In this document: in pieces, positions 8,029 to 17,597 of the stretch
How the letters are laid out: every line of letters begins with the position of its first letter
Position numbering within the stretch: position 1 is the stretch's first letter
Source of the DNA: Polyangiaceae bacterium
GTDB taxonomy: Bacteria > Myxococcota_A > Polyangia > Polyangiales > Polyangiaceae
Reading direction: 5' to 3'
DNA: 64,000 bases
Assembly (NCBI GenBank): GCA_044376115.1
Contig: JBILLK010000021.1
Location: 64,001-128,000, forward strand
Translations under genes and position numbers: made by a program
Notes under the pieces: model-generated
Told to the model about the DNA's origin: nothing
Seen by the model: the letters and a program-made list of their open reading frames with translations, nothing else
Databases searched by the model: none

Positions 8029-9645
8029 ATGATCCCGCTACGAAGCACGCTCTTGTTGTTCATGGTCACGTTCGGTTCGCTCGCGAGCTGCACCCCTCTT
8101 GGTGCAGAGTTCGACGACGAGGAAGAAGAAGGAGAAGAAAGGGACGGTGAAGCGCTGGGCGCACCCAAGGTTGCCCAGCTCGCGCTCGACAATCTAGGAA
8201 ACACCGCCTGCGGGGAGAACTCGCTCGGCGGCGATGGCTTCTACACAAGCTGCACCGGCAACGGCGGCTACCCCGAATATTGGTGCTCCGACTTCGCCAA
8301 ATGGGTTTGGAAGAACGCCGGCGCAAAGGTCACGGGGCTGACCCCCGCGGCAGGCTCCTTCTATTGCTACGGCGAGAACAACGGCACGCTCTCGAACACG
8401 CCGCACGTCGGTGATGCTGTCGTCTACAACTACCAAGGGAACTGCTGGGCTGATCACGTCGCCATCGTGTCGAAGGTCAACCCCAACGGGACGATCGAGA
8501 CGGTGAGCGGCAACTGGAACGGCCAGAGCGGAAGCCAAGCGCACTTCTCGTCGACCTCGAGCGTGAAGCTCAATACGCCGGCCTATAGCGGCGCGATCAA
8601 CTCCTACTCGAACACGATGGGCATGACGATCAGCGGCTTCATCTCGCCGGCTGGTCTGCCTGTTGCGGCGCCGCCCGCGCCACCGCCGCCGCCGAAAGAA
8701 GGCTCGCAGGTGTTCCTCGCGCCCAAACAGCAGCACTACTTCCGGCGCGATTCGTCGGGCAACGTGCGTCACATCTTCTGGGACGGTAATCAGAACAAGC
8801 TGCTCGCCGATACCTGGGGCACCGGCGCTGCCGGCACGCCGGTCACCTTCACCCACGGCACGTCGCAACACGCCTTCGCACGCAAGCAAGACGGCTCGCT
8901 CGGACATTGGTTCTGGGACCCGGTCAACGGCCTGCGCAATGACAGTTGGGCTCCCGCGAACAGCCTCGCAGGCGACCCTGCGGCGCTGGTGATCGGTGAG
9001 TTCGAAGCTGTGTGGGCCGCAGACTCGGCGAACAAGCTGCAACACTGGTACTGGGGTCCGAAAACGAACGGCGTAAAGAAAGACACCTGGGGCTCTGGCG
9101 TCGTCGGTCGACCGAGCGTGTTCGTTACCAAGAGCGGCGAGCAACACGCGTTCTCCCGCGGCACCGGCGGTGCACTCGAACATTTCTGGTGGGCACCGAA
9201 CGGCGGCCTCAAGCATGACACCTGGGGCTCCGGTCTCGCAGGCGACCCGGCGTCCCTGCCGATCGGCGAGTTCCAAGCTGTGTGGGCTGTCGATTCGGCC
9301 GGCAAACTTCAGCACTGGTACTGGGGTCCGAACACGGGCGGCGTGAAGAAGGATACGTGGGGCTCTGGCGTCGTCGGCCGACCGAGCGTGTTCGTGACCA
9401 AGAGCGGCGAGCAACACGCCTTCGCTCGCGGGACCGGTGGCACGCTCGAACATTGGTGGTGGACGCCCAACGGCGGTGGCGCAATCCACCACGACACCTG
9501 GGGCGCTGGCATCTCGCAGGATCCTTCGACGGCGATGATCGGCGATCAGCAACACGTATGGGCGGTCGCGCCCTCGGGCAACACGCTGCACTGGTTCTGG
9601 GACCCGGCGACCGGCGCGCTCAAAAACGACAGCTGGGGGCAGTGA
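8029..9645 (+). CDS. Lipoprotein: CHAP peptidoglycan amidase/peptidase plus 7-repeat Trp-rich (PLL-lectin-like) beta-propeller
   Basis: LASC lipobox; YWCSDF..., GDAVVY, DHVAIV, SGN CHAP motifs; seven ~45-aa repeats of QH(A/V)(F/W)AR..G.L.HW(W/Y/F)W. Confidence 0.8.
   Translation: MIPLRSTLLLFMVTFGSLASCTPLGAEFDDEEEEGEERDGEALGAPKVAQLALDNLGNTACGENSLGGDGFYTSCTGNGGYPEYWCSDFAKWVWKNAGAKVTGLTPAAGSFYCYGENNGTLSNTPHVGDAVVYNYQGNCWADHVAIVSKVNPNGTIETVSGNWNGQSGSQAHFSSTSSVKLNTPAYSGAINSYSNTMGMTISGFISPAGLPVAAPPAPPPPPKEGSQVFLAPKQQHYFRRDSSGNVRHIFWDGNQNKLLADTWGTGAAGTPVTFTHGTSQHAFARKQDGSLGHWFWDPVNGLRNDSWAPANSLAGDPAALVIGEFEAVWAADSANKLQHWYWGPKTNGVKKDTWGSGVVGRPSVFVTKSGEQHAFSRGTGGALEHFWWAPNGGLKHDTWGSGLAGDPASLPIGEFQAVWAVDSAGKLQHWYWGPNTGGVKKDTWGSGVVGRPSVFVTKSGEQHAFARGTGGTLEHWWWTPNGGGAIHHDTWGAGISQDPSTAMIGDQQHVWAVAPSGNTLHWFWDPATGALKNDSWGQ
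8971..9500 (+). repeat. Internal 270-nt (two-blade) duplication within the propeller
   Basis: GGCGACCC...GGTGAGTTCGAAGCTGTGTGG at 8971 recurs at 9241 with high identity. Confidence 0.8.
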
Positions 9646-9646
9646 G

Positions 9647-11143
9647 ATGCGCACCGCCCTGCTCTTGACCAGTCTTTCGCTCGCCGCTTGCTACTCCGGT
9701 GGCATCGTCGACTCACTCGATGGCGGTGAGGAATCGGACGGCTACACCATGCCGCCCAACCCCGGTGGAATGTCGTCGCAAGGCGGCGACTCCAGCTACG
9801 GCGGCAGCCCAACCGGCAGCTACCCCACAAGCTCGAGCGGACAAGGCGGAGAGACCGGCGGGCAAGGCGGTGCAAACGTTGGGACCGGTGGAAGTGGTGG
9901 GCAGGGCGGGGTGAACGGCGGCATCGCCGACGCCCCTCCCTCGCTCGCGTCGGCCGACCTCATCTGCAAGCTGATCAGCGATCAACAAAACCTCGACCCA
10001 ACGCCCAACGCGACGCACACCCGCGCCAACGTCTTGGGCACCGATCTCGGGATCCCGGTGGCTAACGGCTCCGACCTGTTCTTCCTGTTCGGCGATACGG
10101 TTGGTTACAAAGGGATCTGGCCGTTCTCCGAATCAGGGCCCGACGCCGTTGGTTATGCGGCGCACGGTCGCGCAGGCGTTGCAGCGGATCCGAGTAGGCT
10201 TTGCGACGAGCTACGCTTTCTGCGCGTCGCACAAAGCGCGAGCATCGGACCTTCGCTCGACCCAGCGATCGAGCGCGACTTCGCCGCCGTATCGATGGCT
10301 CCGCCCGCCGGTCACTCGCTCCCCGAATACATCAAGAACCCTGCTGGCCCGATCGGTCAGAACGCCTTCCCGATGTTGCCGGGCAGCTTCGAGGTGCCCT
10401 CCGGAGCCTTCTCCTACGACGGCGATTTGTACGCGTTTTACACCACTGTGCAGGGCCCGCAGGCGGTCGCGATGAAGGCCTCCTACCTCGCGCGCTGGTC
10501 GAATCCAACGACCACCAGCGTGCCGCACTATCAGATCCTTCACAGCCTCGATGAGCGCTTCAGCGCCTCAGGCCCGCTGCTCGGACGCTTCATCAACGTG
10601 GCGAGCGAGATCCACGGTGACTACCTGTACATGTTCGGCACCGGCGACTTCCGCGACAGCCCTGTGTACCTCGCGCGCAAACAGCTCGCGCAGCTCGAGC
10701 TAGCGACCGGCTACGAGGTCTACGACGCCGAGAGCGGTCAGTGGCTCGCGGCCCCTGCAACCCAAGCCAAGCCGATCATCGCCGACGCGAAGTTCGGCGA
10801 GACCTCGCTGCGTTACTTCGCCGAGATCGACGCCTGGATGTTCCTCGCGCAAGGCGATCACCAAATCGTCGCGCGCTTCGCCTCGCAACCGGAAGGGCCT
10901 TGGAGCGACGAGATCGTCCTGCACGACAACACAGATCTCGGCTTCCTCGCGCAGTACTGCTGCTTTCCGGAGGGAACCTGCGGCGGCGAGCGGCTGTTCA
11001 ACTGCAGCAAGGCGAGCTTCTACGGCACCTTCCTCTTGCCCGACGTCGCGGTCGACAGCGGCGGCTTCACTGTCTCCTACACGATGTCCACCTGGGACCC
11101 GTACAACGTTGCGTTGTTCTCGGCGCGCTTCAGCCTGCCCTGA
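9647..11143 (+). CDS. DUF4185 (GH183 endo-D-arabinanase-like) lipoprotein
   Basis: LAAC lipobox; [39 protein letters not shown] motifs; starts 1 nt after the CHAP gene stop. Confidence 0.75.
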   Translation: MRTALLLTSLSLAACYSGGIVDSLDGGEESDGYTMPPNPGGMSSQGGDSSYGGSPTGSYPTSSSGQGGETGGQGGANVGTGGSGGQGGVNGGIADAPPSLASADLICKLISDQQNLDPTPNATHTRANVLGTDLGIPVANGSDLFFLFGDTVGYKGIWPFSESGPDAVGYAAHGRAGVAADPSRLCDELRFLRVAQSASIGPSLDPAIERDFAAVSMAPPAGHSLPEYIKNPAGPIGQNAFPMLPGSFEVPSGAFSYDGDLYAFYTTVQGPQAVAMKASYLARWSNPTTTSVPHYQILHSLDERFSASGPLLGRFINVASEIHGDYLYMFGTGDFRDSPVYLARKQLAQLELATGYEVYDAESGQWLAAPATQAKPIIADAKFGETSLRYFAEIDAWMFLAQGDHQIVARFASQPEGPWSDEIVLHDNTDLGFLAQYCCFPEGTCGGERLFNCSKASFYGTFLLPDVAVDSGGFTVSYTMSTWDPYNVALFSARFSLP

Positions 11144-11184
11144 ACACGTTGTCGGGCGCACTTCGGCCGTGGTACTGCTTGCAG

Positions 11185-12741
11185 GTGCCGACGTTCAAGC
11201 CCCCCGGCGACGGGGACCGCACCTTCGAACTCGCCACCATCACCGGGGATCTCAGCACGCGCACCACCGTGAGCTTGCTCTGGGACGGTGGAGCGTTGAC
11301 CTTACCGTTGCCCGAGCGAGACCCGTGCGTGATCGGGCGCGCCGCCGACGCGGATCTATCGATCGATGCGCGTTCGGTTTCGCGCCGTCACGCGCAACTG
11401 CACCAAGCGGGCGGCCTTTCGATCGAAGACCTCGGCAGCGCGAATGGCACGCGGGTGCGCGGCCGCACGCTCGCGGCGGGGGAGCGAGTGCCGGTGGAAC
11501 CGTTCGAGCCGGTGATGATCGGCAGCGTGGTGATGATCGTCAGGCCGAACGGCGGAGCGCGCGGTGAGGCCAGCGCGCGTGGCCCTGCGCGCATGGCCGA
11601 AGCGAGCGCTGGGCCCGCCTCGCAGCCGCGCTCGAGCGCACCCGAGGCGAGCCCCGCCGACGACGTCGAGCTCTTGATTTCGGTGGTGGCGCCCACGGAT
11701 CTTTCGGTCTTGTTGTTGGGCGAGACGGGGGTGGGCAAGAGCTACTTTGCGCGGGCGATTCACGAAAGGTCGAAGCGAGCGGGCAAGCCGCTGGTGCATC
11801 TCAACTGCGCCGCGCTGCAGGAGAACCTGTTGGAGAGCGAGCTCTTCGGCCATGAGCGTGGAGCCTTCTCCGGCGCCGCCCAAGCCAAGCCGGGCCTGTT
11901 CGAAAGTGCTGAAGGAGGCACCGTCTTCCTCGACGAGATCGGTGAGCTGCCGGCCGCGGTGCAAGCGAAGCTGCTGGTAGCGATCGAGCGGCGGGAGGTC
12001 CTGCGTGTGGGCGGCTTGAAGCCGCGGCCGATCGATGTGCGCTTCATCTCGGCCACCAACCGCCCCAACAGTGAACAAGCGATCGTCGGGCTGCGGCCGG
12101 ATCTGTATTTCCGCTTGGCCGGTCTGCCGATCTGCGTGCCGCCCTTGCGCGAGCGTCAAAAGGAGATCCCGGCGCTGGCCGAGGCCTTCGTTCGCGACGC
12201 CGCCAAACGGCTCGGGCGGCCGGTGCCGGCCATCGCCCCGAGCGCCTTGGCCGCACTCAGCACGCACTCCTGGCCCGGCAACGTGCGTGAACTGGCGAGC
12301 GTGCTGGACCGCGCACTACTCTTTTGCAAAGACACGCTGCTCCCCAGCGATCTGCGTCTGCCAAACGCGGTGAAGGCGGCTGCTCCGCCCGCCGCAGCGG
12401 AGGCCCACGTCGCAGCCGAAACGCAGCCTCGGATCGAGCCTGCGCCCAGCTCCGCGAGCCACGTTGCTGCGGCGAGCCCTGCGCCCATGGCGAGCCCCGC
12501 GGCTGCCGCGAACCCCGCGCCCAGCGCGAGCCCCGCCGAAGTACGCGCCGAGGTTCCTGCGCCGGCGCCGCAGCGCACCCTATCGGCCGAGTACCAAGAG
12601 CTCGAACGGCGCCGCATCATCGAGGCGCTCGAGGCCTGCGGCGGCAATCAGTCGCGCGCGGCCACCGTGCTCGGCATCTCGCGCAAGACGCTGGTCACGC
12701 GCATCGGCGAGTTCGGCTTGCCTCGTCCGCGCAAACGCTGA
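11185..12741 (+). CDS. FHA-domain sigma54-dependent transcriptional activator (FHA-AAA+-HTH)
   Basis: [56 protein letters not shown] Fis-type HTH; GTG at 11185 chosen as start. Confidence 0.92.
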   Translation: MPTFKPPGDGDRTFELATITGDLSTRTTVSLLWDGGALTLPLPERDPCVIGRAADADLSIDARSVSRRHAQLHQAGGLSIEDLGSANGTRVRGRTLAAGERVPVEPFEPVMIGSVVMIVRPNGGARGEASARGPARMAEASAGPASQPRSSAPEASPADDVELLISVVAPTDLSVLLLGETGVGKSYFARAIHERSKRAGKPLVHLNCAALQENLLESELFGHERGAFSGAAQAKPGLFESAEGGTVFLDEIGELPAAVQAKLLVAIERREVLRVGGLKPRPIDVRFISATNRPNSEQAIVGLRPDLYFRLAGLPICVPPLRERQKEIPALAEAFVRDAAKRLGRPVPAIAPSALAALSTHSWPGNVRELASVLDRALLFCKDTLLPSDLRLPNAVKAAAPPAAAEAHVAAETQPRIEPAPSSASHVAAASPAPMASPAAAANPAPSASPAEVRAEVPAPAPQRTLSAEYQELERRRIIEALEACGGNQSRAATVLGISRKTLVTRIGEFGLPRPRKR

Positions 12742-12766
12742 GTCGCCCAAACGCTGAGCGCGCGCT

Positions 12767-13801
12767 TCACTCGATCGCGGTCACGTCTTCCGAGGACGGC
12801 GAGAGCACAACCAACGGCTCGGTCGAAGACCCAGCGGGCACGGCTGCGCGCCGTTCGAGTCGCAGCGTGGAGTCCTCGCGCTCGACGGGCTCGTTCGAGC
12901 TCTCCGCTTGCTTCGCTGCAGCGGCTAGCGCGAGCGCCTGCGCAGCCGTACGCAGCGGGCTGCGCGCACCCACGGTTTGAACGAAGGCGGCGGCCAGTTC
13001 GTCCACCGAAACGAAGCGCGCGTTGATGGTCGGCGCGAAGGCCTGCGCGAAGAAGCGCTCGAGTCTGCCGCCAGCGTCAACGCCGGGAGGGAGCGGGCCG
13101 CGCTGACCGAAGACCACGCGCCGCGCGATCTCCGGGCCGTTGCGCCCGGCGAAAGGCAGCTCCCCGACGATCAGCGAGAAGGTCACGACGCCGAGCGCCC
13201 AAGCATCCACGCGTGCGTCTACTCGCTCGCCGCGGATCTGTTCCGGACTCATGTACGAAGGCGAACCGAGCGCGACGTTGGTCGCAGTGCGAACCTGGCC
13301 GTTCTCATCCCACTTGGCGATACCGAAATCGATCAGCTTCACGCTCGCATGCTCGGGGTGCGACGTGCGCACCAAGAAGATGTTCCCCGGCTTGACGTCG
13401 CGATGAATGATCCCGGCGCGGTGCGCTGTGGAGAGGCCTGCAGCGACCTGACAGACGAGCTCAGCGACCTCGGCCAAGGGCCAGGTCCGAGCGTGCGTCC
13501 AGGTTGCGTAAAGGTCGACGCCGTCGAGCAGCTCCATCACGATGAAGGGCGTATCGTCTTCGGTGCCGTGGTCGATCACGCGCACCACGTGCGGCGAATC
13601 GAGGCGTTGCGCGGCGACTGCCTCCTGACCGAAGCGCGCCCGCAGATCCGCGCGGCCGGTCCACTCGACGCGCATTAGCTTCACCGCGACCCAGCCGCCT
13701 GTCGCCCGATCGCGCGCCGACCAAACCTCGCCCATCCCGCCGTCGGCCAGGTGACGGTCGAGCTCGTACCGCCTTTTCAGCAGATAGCCGGCGAGATCCA
13801 T
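12767..13801 (-). CDS. Cytoplasmic Hanks-type Ser/Thr protein kinase
   Basis: GGMGEV, VAVK, HRDVKPGN, DFG, YMSPE. Confidence 0.93.
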   Translation of the reverse strand: MDLAGYLLKRRYELDRHLADGGMGEVWSARDRATGGWVAVKLMRVEWTGRADLRARFGQEAVAAQRLDSPHVVRVIDHGTEDDTPFIVMELLDGVDLYATWTHARTWPLAEVAELVCQVAAGLSTAHRAGIIHRDVKPGNIFLVRTSHPEHASVKLIDFGIAKWDENGQVRTATNVALGSPSYMSPEQIRGERVDARVDAWALGVVTFSLIVGELPFAGRNGPEIARRVVFGQRGPLPPGVDAGGRLERFFAQAFAPTINARFVSVDELAAAFVQTVGARSPLRTAAQALALAAAAKQAESSNEPVEREDSTLRLERRAAVPAGSSTEPLVVLSPSSEDVTAIE

Positions 13802-13833
13802 TCAAGCGATTGAACGGGTATCGCCGCGTGCGG

Positions 13834-15363
13834 TCAACCTTCGCGCGCAACGCCTCGCGCCCGCAGCACGCGCCCCACCGCAAACGCGACCAGCGCCGTC
13901 GGGCTCGCTTCGGCGGCGTCCTCGCGCGGGCGCGTCTCGACCAGCGCCGACATACGAAACGACGGCAAGAGCGGGAGCAGGTCGGCGGCGGCGTTGGGCA
14001 AGTAGATAGGCACCGTGGTGGAGCCGACGGTGAGCGTAGCGCGCAGCCGCGGCGCGCCGAGCAGCGTGCGTCGCTTGTAGCTGCGAGCCTCGCGCAGCGT
14101 ACGTTCGACCAACTTGGCGAGGTGGCGCGCGGGTAGACCGAGCTCGCCCGAGGCGGACTCGATCTGACTGCACAATGTGAGCGCGGCCTCGGGCGCAGGA
14201 GGCAGCGGCCGAGCCAGCATCTCGCCGGCGGTCGCGAGCGCGGCGAGCATGCGCTTGTTGGAGCCTGCGAGCGGCTTGGCGTGCTCGACCATGGCACGCA
14301 GCGCTTCGACCTCGTCCATCGTCGGCGTTACTTCGCCCTCGACCAGAAAGAGCGGCATATCGAGCTCGAGCGGCTCATCGAGCAACGCGTCGAACGACTG
14401 CGCGAGGGTCTCGATCGCCAGCGGCGCTCCACACGAGAGCACGCGCAGGACGTCGTTGCGCGCGCGCTGTTCGGCGGAGATCTCGGTCGCGAGCGCGTCG
14501 ATCCCCGGTTGCGAGCGCATCGGCGCTGCGAACAAGCGCGCGTTGTCTTTCGACCGCCGCAAGCGACCAGGCACCTCCGGATCGAAGGCCAGCAGATCGA
14601 CGATGGCGCGGCGCTCGAGCGTGTTCTCCGAGGCGAGCCGCGCCTCCTGCGCCGCAGCCTGCAGCTCCGGCGGCAGCGCAGAGTTGGACGCGGTGCGCAG
14701 CGAGCCAACGTTGAAGGAGGACGTCGTCTTGAGAGTAGCCGCCATACCAACCGTCTCCGGCGCTGCGGGTCGAAGGGCGCTGCTTACGCTGCTCGGCAGG
14801 CTGATGGGCGCGCTGCTCGGCACGCTCGCAGGCGCGCTAACGGGCGGGCTACTCGGCATGCTGATGGGCGCGCTGCTCGGTACGCTCGCGGGCGCGCTGA
14901 CCGGCGCGCTCACCGGCTCGCTCGCCTTGGCGACCTCGCTGGGTTTGGCCGCGCCCGGCGCTGAGCTCAGGCCGAAGGCCCGACGAAAGACGTCGCCCAA
15001 TTCGGTGCGCGGTGCAGCGAGCGCAGGGGCCGCGAGCGGCGGCGGCGTGAGTTGCGCTACTGCGGGCCGAGTAACCGACGCAGGCGGCGGCGGCGAGGGA
15101 GCAGGCGATGCGAGCGAAGGCATGGCCTGCGGCGGGGCAAGAGGCGGCGACGGGGCCATGGGCGGAGCAACCGACGCAGGCGGCGGCGGCGGCGGAGTGG
15201 AACGGAACGGTAGCGCGCCGTCCTCGATGCTCGGCAGCGAGGCCCGCATAGAAGGGGCGCCAGCAAACGGCAGCCCCGGCGCGCCGAACCCGAACGAACT
15301 TCGATCGAGCTCGGTGGTGTGCTCGCCGTCTTGTCCATCGCCCGCTTCGGTATGTTCGACCAT
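13834..15363 (-). CDS. Pro/Ser-rich protein with a helical C-terminal domain
   Basis: Long ORF with LPF motifs and Pro-rich linker; recalls the C-terminal part of Polyangiaceae DUF2169-containing proteins; ATG 15363 supported by an upstream sigma54-like box. Confidence 0.65.
   Translation of the reverse strand: MVEHTEAGDGQDGEHTTELDRSSFGFGAPGLPFAGAPSMRASLPSIEDGALPFRSTPPPPPPASVAPPMAPSPPLAPPQAMPSLASPAPSPPPPASVTRPAVAQLTPPPLAAPALAAPRTELGDVFRRAFGLSSAPGAAKPSEVAKASEPVSAPVSAPASVPSSAPISMPSSPPVSAPASVPSSAPISLPSSVSSALRPAAPETVGMAATLKTTSSFNVGSLRTASNSALPPELQAAAQEARLASENTLERRAIVDLLAFDPEVPGRLRRSKDNARLFAAPMRSQPGIDALATEISAEQRARNDVLRVLSCGAPLAIETLAQSFDALLDEPLELDMPLFLVEGEVTPTMDEVEALRAMVEHAKPLAGSNKRMLAALATAGEMLARPLPPAPEAALTLCSQIESASGELGLPARHLAKLVERTLREARSYKRRTLLGAPRLRATLTVGSTTVPIYLPNAAADLLPLLPSFRMSALVETRPREDAAEASPTALVAFAVGRVLRARGVAREG
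14789..14910 (-). repeat. 60-nt tandem repeat (about 2 copies) encoding PVSAPASVPSSAPISxPSS
   Basis: CTGATGGGCGCGCTGCTCGG at 14801 and 14861. Confidence 0.75.
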
Positions 15364-15374
15364 GCGCGTGCCTA

Positions 15375-15390
15375 TGCGAAGAACGGGCCG
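15375..15390 (-). promoter_or_regulatory. sigma54 promoter candidate CGGCCCGTTCTTCGCA
   Basis: GG-N10-GC; the C is 13 nt before ATG 15363. Confidence 0.45.
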
Positions 15391-15418
15391 TGGCTCGCGG
15401 GGCAGGCGACGGGACAAG

Positions 15419-15437
15419 TTGTGTAATTCCTACTCAA
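15419..15437. promoter_or_regulatory. Palindromic upstream activator site, copy C (TTGTGTA-attcc-TACTCAA)
   Basis: Shared with 1490 and 7925; flanked by CAAG...CCTG. Confidence 0.65.
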
Positions 15438-15506
15438 CCTGGAGCTCGACCCGACCCAAGTTGCTGCCCCCGTTCGGAAACGGCTTGTGCTTGCGGCAAA
15501 TCCGCA

Positions 15507-15522
15507 TGGCACGAGCCGTGCT
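15507..15522 (+). promoter_or_regulatory. sigma54 promoter TGGCACGAGCCGTGCT
   Basis: Near-consensus TGGCACG-N4-(G)TGCT upstream of vgrG. Confidence 0.75.
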
Positions 15523-15555
15523 CAAGCTGAATCAACGCAGCAGGGAGAGGGCACC

Positions 15556-17490
15556 ATGATTCAGAACCAAGAACTTCGCATTGCTACCGGGGATGAACTC
15601 GATGTCCGTGAGTTCAGCATTGAGCAAACCATGTCCACGCTCTTCTGCGTGACCATCACCGCGGTCTCCAAGAACCCCGACATCGACTTCGAGGCGGCCA
15701 TCGGTCGCGAGGCCAGCTTCACCTTGCGCGGTCGCAACGTCAGCGGCCTACCGCAACTGTGGCGCGGCGTGCTGAGCGAGCTGCACCAGGTCCGCGTCGA
15801 GGAGTCGGGCCTCGCGACCTATCACCTGCAGCTGCGACCAAGGTTGTGGCTCGCTTCACAACGCCGCAACAATCGCATCTTCCAGACGCAGAGCGAGCTC
15901 GAGATCGCCCGTCAGTTGCTGCGCGAGTGGGACGTGGACGTGCGTGAAGACATCGCAAGCAAGTTCAAGACACGCAAATACCGCGTGCAATACGGCGAGA
16001 CCGACTTCGACTTCTTCGCCCGCATGCTCGAGGAGGCCGGCATCTCCTTCTACTTCGTCGACCAAGACGAGCGCACGTTGTGCGTGCTCAGCGATGCGCC
16101 GCAGCAGAACCAAGAGCGTCCGCTGCCGATCGCCTTCGTCGATGCGCCCGGCACCGTGGACCATGAGTACGTGACCGAGGTGCGCGTGAGCCGCGCCGTG
16201 CGGCCCGGCAAGCACACCTTGCGCGACCACGACTATCGCCGCCCCGCCGAGTTCGCCCTGGCTGCGAGCGCTTCAAAGAGCGGCGTCGAGGACCAGCTGG
16301 AGAGCTTTCACTACCAGCCCGGCGCGATGTTGTTCGCGGCTATGGGCGGCGTCAGCACCCCGGTCGCCGACGACCGCGGCATGCACCGCAGCGATGAACT
16401 CGAGGGCCGTCGGCTCGCCACGCAGCGTCTCGCCGCACAACGTGAAGACGCCAGCGTCATTACCTTCCGCGCCAACGTGATCGATCTCGCGCCGGGCAGC
16501 GTGATGCGCATCCTCAACCACCCGCAACGCGAGCTCGCCGACCAAAAGAAGCTGCTCGTGGTCAGCTCCCACATCGAAGGCACGCACGACCAGCCGGTCA
16601 TCCACCGTTGCAGCCTGCGCAGCGCCGCCGAGGCCTATCACCCGCCGCTGCGTCAAGCCAAGCCGAAGGCCGCTGGCGTCGAGAGCGCCACGGTGGTCGG
16701 CCCGCTGGGCGAAGAGATCCACGTCGATGAGTTTGGCCGGGTGCGCGTGCAGTTTCATTGGGATCGCGAGGGCGACTACAACGAGAAGAGCTCCTGCTGG
16801 GTCCACGTCAGCCAGTCGTGGGCCGGCGCAGGCTTCGGCGCCACCAACCTGCCACGCGTCGGGCAGGAGGTGATCGTCGACTTCTTGGGCGGCGATCCCG
16901 ACCGCCCGGTGGTCACCGGCCGCGTGTACACCAACCTGCAAAAGACGCCCTACTCGCTACCGGAGCACAAGACCCGCAGCGGGATCCGCACCAACTCCTC
17001 GCCCAACTACGGCGGTTACAACGAGCTGATGTTCGAGGACCGCGCCGGCGCCGAGCTCGTGCATGTCCGAGCGCAACGCAACCTTTCGACGCAGGTCAAC
17101 AACGACGAGTTCGCTTCGATCGGTCACAACCGCAGCACCTCTGTCTCCAAAAACGAGAGCAAGAACGTGGGCGGCGATCAAACCGAGACGGTGCAAGGCA
17201 ACAGCAGCACCTCCACCGGCGCCGACTACACCGAGGCGGTGTTCGGGATGTTCACCTCGCTCGCCAGCAGCGACCGTCTGTTGCACACGAGCGGTTCGTC
17301 CAAGTCGCAGGCGCACAATCACAGCATCACCAGCGATCAAGGCACGACCATCACCGTCGGCAACTCGATGATCCACATCGGGCCGGATAGCATCATCATC
17401 CAAACGCCCAAGTTGTTGCTCAACCCCGGGGACGCGGTAGCTGCGAGCTCTGCCCTCGGCGGTCCCAACAAATTACTCGCGCCGAGCTAA
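15556..17490 (+). CDS. vgrG: Type VI secretion spike protein VgrG
   Basis: RIFQ, VQYGETDFDFF.RMLEEAGI, EEIHVDEFGRVRVQFHWDR, LPRVGQEVIVDFLGGDPDRPVV, NELMFED, DUF2345-like tail; SD GGGAGAGG. Confidence 0.95.
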   Translation: MIQNQELRIATGDELDVREFSIEQTMSTLFCVTITAVSKNPDIDFEAAIGREASFTLRGRNVSGLPQLWRGVLSELHQVRVEESGLATYHLQLRPRLWLASQRRNNRIFQTQSELEIARQLLREWDVDVREDIASKFKTRKYRVQYGETDFDFFARMLEEAGISFYFVDQDERTLCVLSDAPQQNQERPLPIAFVDAPGTVDHEYVTEVRVSRAVRPGKHTLRDHDYRRPAEFALAASASKSGVEDQLESFHYQPGAMLFAAMGGVSTPVADDRGMHRSDELEGRRLATQRLAAQREDASVITFRANVIDLAPGSVMRILNHPQRELADQKKLLVVSSHIEGTHDQPVIHRCSLRSAAEAYHPPLRQAKPKAAGVESATVVGPLGEEIHVDEFGRVRVQFHWDREGDYNEKSSCWVHVSQSWAGAGFGATNLPRVGQEVIVDFLGGDPDRPVVTGRVYTNLQKTPYSLPEHKTRSGIRTNSSPNYGGYNELMFEDRAGAELVHVRAQRNLSTQVNNDEFASIGHNRSTSVSKNESKNVGGDQTETVQGNSSTSTGADYTEAVFGMFTSLASSDRLLHTSGSSKSQAHNHSITSDQGTTITVGNSMIHIGPDSIIIQTPKLLLNPGDAVAASSALGGPNKLLAPS

Positions 17491-17499
17491 GGGCTCAAC

Positions 17500-17520
17500 G
17501 GGGCCTTCGGCCCTCTTTCT
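17500..17520 (+). terminator. Possible intrinsic terminator after vgrG
   Basis: GGGCC-TTC-GGCCC hairpin followed by TCTTTCT. Confidence 0.35.
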
Positions 17521-17597
17521 CGAAGAGCGCGAGTAATTATTGTTACTGCATCCACCTTTGGTGGAATTGGCAAGCTAGAGAAGCACGGAGCACCACC

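Noticed and set aside
8700..9645. Regular repeats as a possible CRISPR array
   Set aside because: They are in-frame coding repeats of propeller blades, with no unique spacers and no cas genes
11164..11179. GG-N10-GC upstream of the activator
   Set aside because: Weak match, and the implied TSS would fall inside the coding sequence
10741..11184. N-terminal extension of the sigma54 activator in the ORF track
   Set aside because: It overlaps the DUF4185 gene, is Arg-rich and non-domain-like; the real start is probably GTG 11185
14177..15559. Long plus-strand ORF (and many similar antisense ORFs, e.g. 8194..9654, 43045..44247)
   Set aside because: Shadow ORFs produced by high GC opposite well-supported genes
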